Of a DNA stretch of 64,000 nucleotides, positions 39,001 through 51,285 are shown piece by piece. Every line of letters begins with the position of its first letter. Within the stretch, counting starts at the first letter, position 1. The translations under genes and the position numbers were made by a program. The notes under the pieces are model-generated. The model was not told where the DNA came from. It saw only the letters and a program-made list of their open reading frames with translations, and ran no database searches. The stretch comes from Lingula anatina (taxonomy: Eukaryota > Animalia > Brachiopoda): the NCBI GenBank assembly GCA_051362555.1, contig CM120642.1:30938001-31002000 (forward strand), in the 5' to 3' direction.

Positions 39001-42000
39001 GACTAGCACGTAGAACAAAAGCCTCGGCCGTGCTGTATTCGACATACAAGCACGTCAGGTACGAGTGTGTTCCACGGTCTGTTGCATTCCCGTCACTCAC
39101 TATAGCTAAGAAGGGCCCAGTATCTGAATATCGGCATCTAGCGCCCACCACGAATAAAACAACAATGAAAACAAGTCGTTTCTCAAAATTTTCATGAAAC
39201 AGCAATTATCCAAAAACTGAAAAATCGCGATCTCGAATTTGAACAAGTTGCTCAAAATACAGAATGTAAAAACAAAAGTTTAAAAATCTACACTTCTAAC
39301 GTAAATTTCCTGCCCTCTTTGGCAATGACTATTTTCTTAATCTGTGAAGGCACATGAAGTATTAAGGTATCATCATCATCATCATTACATGATCAGGGCA
39401 GGGGCGGATCCAGGATTATTTGAATGGGGGTGGGGAGGTGGGGGTCCGGGACAACAGGCCTCAGATGTGAAGCCGATCGTCGCCCCATGGTGTGGGGTTT
39501 GGGGCCCGCTCAAGGGCTCAGAAAATTTTGGGTGTTTTGGAGGGGGGATTCTCAGTATCTAAACTGCTGCTGGTGGTGGTAGTGTTGTTAGTGCTGCTGC
39601 TGCTGCACGAAGTGGCTGGGGCTGACTTGGGTCGAGGGGGCTGAGGCATGTTCAGCCTTGTCCGTCATCGTCCAACACAGGACTAAGTGAAGTGACCACA
39701 AGGGCCCCTTACAAGTATGAGTAAAATATCGCAAGGGCAGAGTAGTAGCCAATCAGAGGCCGTAGTTTAAGCCAGATGCAACACTCGTCGTCGAGCTGTA
39801 CGTGAAAATTACTGGTGAATTTCGAGCAGAAATGGCATTGGCGACAGTAACAGACACGGTGATCAGAATATTTACAGAAACATACAGTGTCAGTACGTAA
39901 TATACTGTGTACGTTCATAAAAGCCAAAGTTAACAACAAAGTCTATGCTTCGTTAACAATTAACGATGGGTCCTGCCAAGCATATTGTTAAGTATATAAA
40001 TATAGGGTATATAAAATATTCCATTTACCTGTTACCTTTCCTATCAACTTTGTCACTTTACTGTTTTTGTAATAGTCGTCTTCGGATGCATTAAAATAAC
40101 GAGCGGAGAGAGTCTCCCGCTTGGTTGCTTTATTCAGGACCTCCACTACGTCAGCCTTCCCGTCAGGTGTCATGCAAGGGCATGCATTAAGCAGATCCTG
40201 TAAACAAAATTGAAAGCTAGCAAGTACGTGTGACAAAATGAAAGCATATAATGCGTTCTCGACAACCTTCCGCTCATACGGAACATACCGAACGGGTAGA
40301 TAAGCGGATCAATGGCTAGAGCTTGGAAACGCTAAAATAGTGCTCGTTAACTTCAAGTTGTGGTTGTTAATCTGAGTGAGGCTCGTTCATATTGGCGTTT
40401 GCGCTCGGGAATCTGAGGCGTGTGTTAGGAAACGCCTTATCCGTTCATGAGGCCTTATATAAAATGTATTGGATTGGAAGACAACAGTATAGTAGTAAGT
40501 TCAAATAATAATTTAACCTCAGTAATACAGATATAACAGGGGAAAGTATGGTTTTCACTGTAATAAACGACGCTATATATCGCCAAGTGTAAAGCAATAA
40601 GCATTCAATTTGTCACGTGGTTTACCTGGCCGGCGTAGGGTAGTTCCAAATTCTCCCCGAAATGAGTTTCACAAGCAAAATGCACCGGTAACTGTATATG
40701 TATAAAAGGATCCACGGGAAAGGATATCTCTAACGTTAATTCAGTCTCTGTTTTGGTTGCTTTGATTACTTTTACATTTCTGGGCTCACTGTCGGTATCT
40801 GAAAGGAATGCAAATTCACGTTAGTAACATAATGAGTAACAAAAAGTACCCACATCCATCCTTTTTATACTAAACATGTAGTAATGATTATAATAAAATA
40901 ATGAAGTTTGAAATGTGAAAATAAAACGGATAGTGCATTAAAAGATAAATAAAATAAAGTTGGGTTCACGCCAGTTTATAAAATTCTAACCAAGCGGAGA
41001 GGGGCAGCATTGTCCACTGCAAGTAAAATTTGACTTGGAAAACTGCAGCATAGTGTCAGATAACAGAAAAACCGGCTGGCTACCATCAGCAGCCCAAAAA
41101 ACATCCCATACCGGTGCATGAACAGAACCCCTCGAGCAGCATTTATTTCTTACGTATGTTTATACAACACCCGTTTTCTTTTTCGATGATATGCACTAAC
41201 ATTTTTTTCATTATTATTATCATTTACTCGATCAACATAAATGAAAAGCAGAGATATTTTATTTCACGAATGAAAACGTAAACGTTTCAACATAATAATA
41301 ATAATAAACTCACAAGATATGAAAATCATTTTGATATATTAGTGACTGTAAGCATAGTATAAGGCATCAAATCACTACCCGATTATTGGCACCAATACAC
41401 TATCAATACTACATGTACTATCCAAACTTACATCTAAAAGTGTCCAAATCCAAAACATCAAAACCTCTGCCAGAGACTTTTAGTTGCAGTATACTTTTAT
41501 TTCTATACTCTGAAAGTAAATATAGAACTCGCAAAAAACGTTATTCACATGTATAGTTTTTAGTTGAAGTTAAATCAAAACTTTAAATTTAGCAGGAGAA
41601 CAACTTGAGTATATCGGCTGAAAACTTTATTTCAAGAACCTGGGGTGACACATTTTCTTTCAGTTGCAATCTAAATATTTTATGTAGCCAAATGTGCACA
41701 AGCACAACGAAGCCCGGATTTTGATCAAAATAAATAAGGTCATTTGACTAAAAATTGCCATTTATAAAAATGATACGAGGCACAAGAGGGGGAAAATAAC
41801 AACATAAAATTAAATGATCATACACACATCCCCCATACAATGGAGAAAAAGTTGGCAAAGAGCAAAATAATGGTAACAAGATGTGAAAGAAGTTCAAATC
41901 CCCGCCAACCAAGGTGTACTTGTGAACATTGTAAGATGATAGTGAAGTTAAGGTATTTCTGATATATAAGAATTGTAAGAGAGTGAATAAATAAAGTGTA

Positions 42001-45000
42001 AACTTCGGTGGTAGGAAAAAATTACAACTGTCATCAGACGTTCATTCCCACAATAGGGAAACGCCAATGTACTGTAGAAAAGAAATAAACATTGCAGAAG
42101 GAAAATGTTAGGAATTCGTCCTGGTACAAGTACTTGAAATATAATAAGATACTAAGCCACAAAAATGGGGGAATAAGTAGTGTGCTTCGAGGACTTGAAG
42201 CATTATTCAATTTTTTTTACGTTTGACATTTTGTTCATTAAACCAACTTTTAAAATACATTTTGGAATAAATGAATGTATGTTAAATGTCAATAAACGTG
42301 GGAAAGTGAATTAATGACAGTATTCTAATTATTTGTATTGAAGCTGCACTGTCAGGTGCTGGCGCCGAAGCTAGATTGAAAACCTTCTCTAGATCTCCCA
42401 CTTCTGCCACCGGTAATGTTGTGTACAAGTAAGTATTGTAAAATTCTGTACTGTTCTTTAAATGCTGTAAAAACCAACCTATGTCTTTTACCCTTGTAAA
42501 CCATATGTTCAACCAATTTGTTTCCCCAAGAGCCCTACGCGTCCTATATATAACATTGGTTTAAAATCCATATGCAATTATCTTCAAATGGCCACCTCAC
42601 AGGTGTAAAATGCTATAAACAGTGCTTTTTTTATTCTACACACACTGGACAATAGAAGTGTCACCCCAACTGAACCAATACTTTGGGAGAGATAAATGAC
42701 TGTGGAATTATGTGCTCCTGGTATCATTTTATTAACATCAAATTTCACAAAAATACACAAAATGAAAACAAAATATACATTCTACCAAGATATGCAACTT
42801 CAAGTCAAAAATCAGTTCTTAGTGACATAGCCACGTGACCTAATAACAGCTGCCAGCCTGCGAGGCAAGGATTCATATAATTGTCTCATGCGTTCAGGGC
42901 TAATTCATGAAAAGCATGATACACTGAATCTAAAAGAGTTTGTTTGCTGGTTGGACGGGCATTTGTCAAACGTTTTGACATATCATTCCACACATTTTCT
43001 ATTATCTTTGCATCCGGTCTCTAGACAGACCACATCAAAATCAGTCGTCAGTCTTCAAGGCCATAGTTTTTCTTGGACGACCCATCAGAGGCAATTTGTC
43101 TCTTGATCCAGTGTTTCCATACCGAAACCAGACCCTCTGCACGGTTCTGACTGAACAATTAAATTGTATCGATATCCTGAAACTGCTTATATTCCGCCTC
43201 TTCAGGTTATAACTTGACGTTTATAATCGTTAGATAATTGCCTGTATCTTGCCGTATTGGAGGAAGACAGGAATAACATTTGCTGTACATGTACAAGACC
43301 AACAATACAATTCCATGGTACAGCGGTTTTATACTCATTAGTCACATTATAAGTAGACCAGGCATTTAAACTAACCAAGATCTGCCTACTTTGATTACTC
43401 TGATTTAGGGGGTGACATTTCTATTGTCCAATGTGTGTAGATACCATACCTGACATGATAAGGCTTCCAGACGCCGACACAGAAGAAAAGATATCCCACA
43501 TTGAAGCAGAGATGAGTAGAATGAAAGAGGCCCAGTCCATCAATGTAACAGTAAGTACACCCCCTACACGCAAACTTAAGAATTTTGGTGAAGCTTCGCA
43601 AGAAGTGCTGAATTGGATTGAAGATACTCAAAGTATTTTATAATAATAATAATAACAAATTTATTTTAAGTCTAAAATCCATTTAAAATGTTCAGTAGAC
43701 TTTACATAAAATATCATAAATAATACAACATAAAATATCGTAAATAAAATCTAGGTAAAACAGCCATTATTCCATACAATTAAAAGCAATTAATACAAGA
43801 TTTATAAAAACAATTAAGAGTTAATCAAAATATTTCGTAAAAAGGTATGTTTTGAGTTCTTTTTTAAAATGTTTGGTAGACTGAATTGCTCGGATTTCCA
43901 GCGGTAATAGATTCCATTCCTTTGGACCTGCAGCTTTAAAAGATGTATCACCGTAGGTTTTTAATCGCATTTTTACTGGGTTAAGTAGCAATTGGTCTAC
44001 AGACCGCAGATTTCGCATTGGAACATAGTGACTAACTAATTCATTGATGTAGATTGGTGCCAATCCATAAAAAGCATCGTGAGTAAAAACTAAAAATTTG
44101 AATAAAATTCTGGCTTGTAGAGGTAGCCAGTGTAAACTTTTTAAAACTGGGGAGATGTGTATGCTTGTGGATGTCCGAGTTAATAATCTGGCCGAAATAT
44201 TTTGAATGCGCTGCAGTCTGGCAATTTGTTTCTTTGGACAACCGTAGAAAATGGAGTTGCAGTAATCTAATCGAGATGTAACTAAACAATTTATGACTGT
44301 GGCTGCAGCAGAGTCAGACAACTGATTGCGAATTGCACTTATGTTCCTAATGTTAAAAACTGCTGATCTGCATACACTGGCAATATGTTTGTTTATACAA
44401 AGCGATCCGTCTAAAAATACACCAAGATTTTACGAACAATTCCAAATTCAGACCCAACCAAAATCCTTATTACCCATTTGGAAGGGAGGGGATAAGGTTG
44501 ATAGCTGAAGATGAAAAAGATTATTGATAAATTAGTTCAGGCCCATAGCCACTCTTTTTGCTGGGAAAATGTCCACTAAGGGTAAATTTTGCTCTATGTA
44601 CTTGAGGATTTTATGGTTAAAGGTCCACTTTTTTAGAAAACGACCCCCTCCCCTCTGAAATTGCTGGCTACGGGAAAATATCAGAGACTTTTCTCGTAAA
44701 TTGTTAGAATTGACTTTAATGTTAGTTAGAAAAAAAGGTCATTTGTGAAGAAGAATTTTCCGGTCTAAATCAAGAACAACCTTCAGTAAACTCAGAGAAG
44801 AGGCCATACGGATGGAAGAAGATGGAAAACAGTCCCAAGTCGTTCGATGTCAATTGCTACAGGCCAGTCAAAGAGAGTCCATGTTAGCCAACCGAACTGA
44901 CGATTTATCCAAACAGATAGGAGTTTTGTCTGCAACCCAACAAGAGATGATTTCATGGATGAGAGAGCGAGAGCAACAGTAACAGCGATGACAACAACAG

Positions 45001-48000
45001 CGACCACAGCGGCGACAACAGCAACAACAATGGTACAATAATAATCGGGTCAGTAACAGTTTCCCACACTCATTTAACCGCTGTCGTTACTGTCAAAGGA
45101 TGGATCATATACAACGTAACTGTCCTCAGCGTCAGAATCAAAATACACAACAAGCTAACACTACTACTAGAGCCTCCACCTCTTCCACTTCCATTGATGT
45201 TCACCCTCCCTTGTCTGAGGATCATTCAGAGGACCAGGGAAACTGAAGTGTCCTGCTGATGCGAGGCAAACAGACGGGGCAAATACTGTGGATGAAAATA
45301 TTACAGCCTAAATATTCGGGAAATATCCAATCATACCATACAGCATATCTGGAGTGGAAACGGAGTTGTAACTCGACCTTGGCAATCAAGTTAATATTAT
45401 AAAGGAGTGGCGGATTGAAGAAAATCTCAGTTTAAAGTCTCAATTTATAAATCTTCCCTTGTGCGCCTAATTTGGTCTTAAAGTGCAATTTAAGACCAAA
45501 ACTGGACTGACATCTTCACCTGGAAAGTCAGCCCAAGTTTGGACTGAATGTGTGATGGGAGATAATTGCTTTACCACTTCAGTTGAAGTCAGACCAAATA
45601 TAGACTTACTAACTGGAGTTTCAGTTCGTTTTAGTCTTAAGATCAAATGTGCACTATAATGCCTGTGGATGCAACAACTTGATTGAGAGTGACAGATTAC
45701 AAAAATCCATCAGTTAACGGTATTGTAACGTTTTAAAGAAACGTTTAATCTTCTCAACAATGTTATCAGAGCGTTACCATAAAGCTTTGTTCAGCTGTGA
45801 CATTTTTTGTTTTGACTTTATCATAATGTAATTTTGTACCATATGCAAAATGAAACCATGATGATGTTTTTATCAAACCCCTATTAATAGCTCTGTATTA
45901 TATTATCTTTCTGTCAATTTTTAAAATAAAGGACAGTTTTTGGTCGAATGGACTTAGTCTTTTAAAATTCTTTCCGAGTAAAAACGTTGCTTCATTGAGC
46001 TCGTGAACTTTTGGCTACATAAATATCATCTGTGATTTAAACAAAACAAAGAAAACCGTACCTGCATCGAGGTCTGGCTGCAGCTGATGACCAACTATGT
46101 TCTCTGGCTCCACATCAGTGGGATCAAATTTCTGCAAGTCGCCGTGGAAGTAATTGTTAAAGCTGTTCCCATATGCTTCAATACTCTTTTTTGTACGTAC
46201 CTCATCTGAAACAGATGCCCAAAATAAGTTAGCAAAATATCTATTGTCGAGTAAACTCATATAGTGAAACACTCCGAATGGATACCTGTTTTACTCTGAA
46301 CTTCTAGCCCACCTACTCTTTCCACTCGTTACGTTTACAATAGTTTAAGGCATAATATAAGATGCTACATTAGTTTTACGTCCCTGAGGGACTTTTACCA
46401 CAAGTTTGGGTTTAATGGAATTGTTTCTGTAAAGTGTTTAGTTTAAGATAACCCTTAATATAAGGTTTTATAGTGTACTGTAATTCTTCATGCAATGTGA
46501 TGTTTGAGTATATTGTGACGCGGCATTTCATGCATTGTGTAAGGTAGTCTTTTACAGTCTTTATATTTCAAAAATTGCAAACTTGACATCAAATTAATTA
46601 CGACGGAGTTAAGTAATAAATGATAATTAAAGCCTCCTTTTCCTCACCTTTGCCTATTGAAGTGAGCTTTCCAAGGGGATATACCTGACCCAACCGTACT
46701 GGTGTACTATTACTACTTGTAGGTTCGCCCGATTCAAATATTTTCTCTGCAGCTGAAATAACTAAAAAGAAACAGAATTGATCAAAGGTAATTTCTTTCA
46801 TGAAAAAAGTGACTCTGTTTCTCCTACCAAATATCAAGAACGTCCTACCAGAAAGGTACATTAATTCCCCAACTCTCACTTCATGCATTTCTTTGAATAT
46901 ACTTGTGTGGGAGCATAACTTAAAAAAAAGTGTTTAAACTGACCAGGCAGTTGATATCAAACAAAATAAATTGAGGTTTTTGAAAGCCAAATATGAGGTT
47001 CGTGTTACGGCGAGAAAAAAGGCATCTTTGATTTTTGTTTCACCACGGAATAGAAACAAAGTGAATAAAAATATATTTAAAAATATATTTCAAAACACTG
47101 AATTTCACTTTACCTTTTGTCACATCTTTGACTTCTTTGGCGCGTGGTAAGCTTGTATCCCCATAAGCCTGTGCAACATGCACGACTTTGTCAAAAACAC
47201 CATTATGTTTTGGGATCATTTTTTCCAACCAACCACCATCACCATTCATCACGACGTTTTCGAGCAGAACATCGTCTTGAGTGCCTTGGGTAAACCCAAT
47301 AAAAGCATCATCTCCAAAATGTGGTGCTCCAAATGTAATACACCGTAATGTAGTACATGTAGTTTCCTCATTTGTTTGCTTTTTCCTTCTCATATGACAT
47401 CTCATAAGCACAGTGACAAGTTGTGCCACAGCTCCTCCAATATAATGTCCACTAATGATGAGCTTCTTGTCCTTTAACTCTTCTAATAGGTGCACATAGG
47501 GGATTTTGCTTGCTAAATCAAATATGATTGATGATACGCGTCCTTCAAATAGGCTTTCCTGGTGTTCACAAAATGTTTTGTCTTTAGCGACAATATTCTT
47601 GATACCTGTAACTTTAAGATGAGATAATCTTCAGTTTTGTATTTTTAAAACTTACACCGCCATAATAAGTCGCATCAATTAACAAACCGTGTCTATCAAA
47701 CAACACACTAAGAGTGCCCAATTAAAACAATGCATTTGCTTTATTCTGTTATTACTGTGTATATGTCGTAGCAGTCATATTACCTGCAATCGAAATAAAA
47801 ATTTCTTTGGATCTGGCCCGAGCAATGAAATACCGCATCTTGACACCATGGATGTCCAATTCCCTCGACAGCTGATATTGCTCAAAGTCGTGAAACCCCT
47901 GCTCCTGTCTGGTCAGAAGTTGGAGTATTTCCTGGTAGTTATATGCACATTTACAACTAATTATGCTTCGTTGCCAATGCGCTGTCTCTTGCACATTTGG

Positions 48001-48183
48001 CATCTTTTGGCCTTCACTTGGATTTGGTCCTGAACTTGGACTTAAATCAGGTTTTAGCTTTCGCTTCAGATTTGGACTTAAATCAGGTTTTAGCTTTCGC
48101 TTCAGATTTGGGCGTATGAGTTTCCATAAACAAAAGGTGCTGATGACAAGTACCAATACCCCAGTAACTATATCAATAATCAT
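32241..48183 (-). CDS. TM-anchored class-3 lipase-like / P-loop GTPase fusion protein (~876 aa); exons 48183-47784, 47605-47114, 46752-46648, 46205-46062, 40798-40626, 40197-40029, 38478-38443, 38233-38051, 37333-36816, 32651-32241
   Basis: Ten GT-AG exons join in one open frame (2631 nt). The product has an N-terminal hydrophobic helix, Lipase_3-like IFISIAG, LIISGHYIGGAVAQL and CITFGAPHFGD, a hydrophobic hairpin, Walker A ILVIGQQNHGKTT and G3 LVDMPG. Additional phase-1 exons in the 5-kb intron cannot be excluded. Confidence 0.78.
32866..35745. repeat. Tandem array of ~140-145-bp units (~11 copies), interrupted by a LINE
   Basis: Recurrent ggtcaaaggtcaatttt...tatgacttcctattcaagttcaatagtaactatggg...agttttggagatat; one unit at ~32866-32982 and ten at 34324-35745. 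Confidence 0.92.
32983..34315 (-). mobile_element. 5'-truncated LINE (L2/CR1-group) with (ATT)n tail and 8-bp TSD
   Basis: RT motifs GVPQGSVLGPILF, FADDTQVY, SSRLDYCNSLL and HWLPVKQRIDFK in three broken frames; (TAA)n tail 32983-33027; AGATATAA duplicated at 32975-32982 and 34316-34323. Confidence 0.92.
37672..37785. repeat. Dispersed repeat, second copy at ~51324-51420
   Basis: cccata(t/g)ctagatc...aacaggat(t/c)(g/a)atccaactc...tttctcac(c/t)aaattgctttcagcttaa shared between the two sites. Confidence 0.75.
43640..44430 (-). mobile_element. 3' fragment of a LINE (L2/CR1-group) with (ATT)n tail
   Basis: VTSRLDYCNSIF, LKSLHWLPL, WNLLPLEIR and FKKELKTYLF; (TAA)n tail at ~43640-43655. Confidence 0.9.
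44538..44674. mobile_element. MITE of the CAGGCCC(G/A)TAGCC family
   Basis: caggcccatagcca ... tggctacggg inverted ends. Confidence 0.55.
48036..48111 (-). repeat. Perfect 36-bp in-frame tandem duplication (PNLKRKLKPDLS x2) in the first coding exon of the lipase-GTPase gene
   Basis: Seen directly in DNA and protein. Confidence 0.95.
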
Positions 48184-49259
48184 TGCGATTTTGTTTTGAA
48201 TCGTAGACCTGTAGATGATATAAAAATTATGAATTATTCACACAATGTAGTGTACAAGTTGCAATCATATGTAGTACCCATACTATGTACATTAGTATGT
48301 AAATTCTCTTAACATAGAGAGTATTATAGGTGGAGTGCGGCATAATAGTTAGCGACGTGTATATCTTTGGTAATTTATCATGACACTTCCTTTCTTTGCT
48401 TATAAACGACGCAAACATTCTTACATTTGAAAGAAACAATCCATAACTCGTAACAGTATGTTTAGTGTTTCCAAGGGGCATTATCCCAGCGGGTAATTTA
48501 TGTTGTTTTAACGTTGAAACAACGTTGAACCATAACGTTGATAATACGTTGGATTAACATTGGGTTTGAAAGTTGACTCAACGTCAGATAACAACACTCT
48601 ATCAACCCCAGTTGTTAGACAACATTCTTGCATGAAAAGACATTAAAATGACCTAAAATATTTTTATTTTTCGTACAAGACACAGGTACACAATTATAAC
48701 GTACACTGTAAAAACATCCAAGTGCCTGCTTTGCCTCATTTTTTCAATGCATTTAGCTCCTAAGCTTGTTTTGCACATAAGCATGGTACTACCTTTTAGC
48801 CTGGATGTGTTTAGCAGTAGGACATGTTTGATGGCTAAATATACAACATTGGTCAAAAAGGTTGTCCCTCCCCCATTTCCATGTACTTTTATTTACATAT
48901 TATCAGCCCACAGGTGTAAAGTGTTATAACTAGTGCTTTTTATTCCAGATACCATGTCTAACATGATTAATGGTTTAAAAAAATACATAATAGTGGTGAA
49001 AATATACACATTTTATACCATTTAGTCAAATGTATAACAGTACCCTCTACTCCAATGGTTTACTGTGATTTCTACAGATGTAAAGAAATGTCTATTAAAT
49101 TGAAAAGACGCCTTCAAATGTCACCAAATTTACACAAAATTAGCATTAAGGTAGCATAAAGGTCACGTGCTAATAGCGTGTGCGTCTACCGCGAACTGCA
49201 TTTATCTCCTGTAGATGGCGCGACAAGCCTTCAACAAGGGTAAAAATTCTGTTTCGTGG

Positions 49260-49610
49260 GATAAGATAAGATAAGAGTTTATTTAGCCAATTATAAAAAT
49301 CGGAAATCATTTTCCTTTTGGAGCAATATACAGAGTAAAATAGGCATGCTATCAGTAAAAGTTCTCAATGATCCTCTGCCCTACTAACTTCAACATTACC
49401 TTTGGTGAGTGGTACCTTTACATTCTGATTCCTTCTAAAATCCACTATCATTTCTTTGGTTTTAGATACGTTCAAGATAAGATCATTACTCTCGCACCAG
49501 CTTAACACCGACTCAACAGATTCTCTATATGTACTCTCGTCATTATCAGTAACTAGCCCCACAAGCGTAGTATCATCCGCAAATTTCATGAGAAAAGTCC
49601 CGGAATTATC
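49260..49610 (-). mobile_element. Short LINE RT fragment (Rex1/CR1-group-like)
   Basis: FLMKFADDTTLVGLV...WCESNDLILNVSKTKEMIVDFRR; (ATAAG)3 at 49261 is a possible 3' tail. Confidence 0.85.
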
Positions 49611-50856
49611 CCATTCTTCCTTAAACAGCTTGGGGGAGTTGGTCCACGTTTTTATGGGGTTGGTTCTCCTCTGCATTGCACACTGGGGTTAACTCCAGGA
49701 CTCTATACGACAATCATAATTTTATCTATTTATTTCCCTCACCTGCGATCATTTTGATGACGCGCTTCACAAGTGGGACGATTTTTTCCCGGAGACAAGT
49801 GTTTAAACAATGCCCGGTCACTGAAAACGGTAGCTTTAGTGGCCTTAAACCAGTAATGTGATCTATTTATGCCCTATTCGAATTTTAATATGTCAACTAA
49901 AACCAACCAAATTTAGATAAAAATTCTAAAATTACTTTTAAGTATTCAATTAAAAAAATATGCCATATTGAAACATATTAAGAAAAGGCAATCTACGGAG
50001 CCTACCTGTGCCGATAGACATATCTTGTTGGCACTCGTCCAATTTTCTTACATATATACACTCGCTGTGCATGATCCACGGTACATACCGAAAACCCCAC
50101 TGATACCACTCTAATTAATTAAAAAAAGAATTTAATTGCCATAATTTTCAAAAATTTTCAAAATGCTTTTATAATTTGACATGAGGATTGAGCAAAAGCA
50201 GAAATGAGAGACGGCTTTTATCTGGTCTACTCCAGCATACCTAGCACAAACCACATGTTAATGAAGACGGTCCCATTGTGGGGGAGGGGGTCACAGGCAT
50301 GGAGTTCTTAACTTATTACGCTAAATAATATCAACGTTTCATGCATCTGGGGAAATACAGTGACTCACAGGTAAGATAAATGTCCAGTGGGACTCTCTGT
50401 GAATCTCCGCTTTTCACAGCCATATAAGTAACTGCATTTTCTTACAAGGATATATATAATATATATTGTCATCGGGGACAAAGGAAATGGCAGGTGCGTC
50501 TCGCTTCTAGATTAGATCTTCAATTAATTGTTTCTTCCTCATTGACGAGAGCTATTGAAAGGACAACAATTGACAAAGGGCCGAGGCATGCAGCATCTAT
50601 TTCACTGACTCGAAAATTTACCGAGTCTTGCCGACGATGTGGTCGATCAATCGGAACAAGAAAAAAAATTTGTCGCATGGTTTTGACCTTTGGACTAAAT
50701 GTTTTAGCCCAGAAAAATTAATTTTATAATAATATTTTTGTCGGATTGATTGGACCGGTCGAAATGCTTGACACATTACTGTCAATTCTGATGCAATAAT
50801 GTATTATGCTTAACTGCATACCTAACATCAAATGTAAATTCTGCGCAACAGTTGAT

Positions 50857-51285
50857 TAAGCATAGGTCCCAACTACGTCTTGGACGCACGTTTTTAGGTT
50901 CCTTGTGTCCGGCTAGGACGTAGCTAGATCGCACGTGGCGGCTGTTGATCATGTCGAAAAGTTAAGCCTAGGTCCCAACTACGTTTTGGACGTACGGTTT
51001 TTTGGTTCCTTGCGTCCGGCTAGAACGTACCTAGATCGCACGTAGCGGCTGTTGATCATGTCGAAAAGTTTCTACGTGCTCTTTGAGTCCTCCAAAAGTC
51101 GCACGATGGACGTGCTCCTCACGCACGAACTCCCACGTTTTCCCCATTTTTGGCCGTAGACCACACGTAGCAGCCCGTACGTTCGGTTGGGACCTAGGCT
51201 TTACTTGATTCATTCCCTGCGATCTAGCTGCGTCCAAGGAACCTAAAAACTGTGCGTCCAAAACGTAGTTGGGACCTAGGCTTTA
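50857..51285. mobile_element. PIF/Harbinger (Tourist-like) MITE with a tandemly duplicated left end
   Basis: TIR agcctaggtcccaactacgttttggacg / cgtccaaaacgtagttgggacctaggct; TAA/TTA at the boundaries; the left ~106 bp occurs twice. Confidence 0.8.

Larger units (their letters stand above)
43431..45246 (+). mobile_element. Degenerate Ty3/Gypsy gag remnant, interrupted by a LINE and a MITE
   Basis: RKLKNFGEASQEVLNWIEDTQSIL (gag N-terminal-like); TFSKLREEAIRMEEDG near 44775-44825; CCHC zinc knuckle CRYCQRMDHIQRNC at 45082-45123; ends QGN* with GGGAAAC heptamer at 45237-45243. Confidence 0.75.

Noticed and set aside
42282-42512. 76-aa minus-strand ORF as an extra exon of the lipase-GTPase gene
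   Set aside because: No convincing phase-1 splice boundaries or recognisable motif; the model is in frame without it
43431-43643. Spectrin-repeat-like host exon (EVLNWIEDTQSIL)
   Set aside because: Better explained as Gypsy gag given the downstream gag motif and CCHC knuckle
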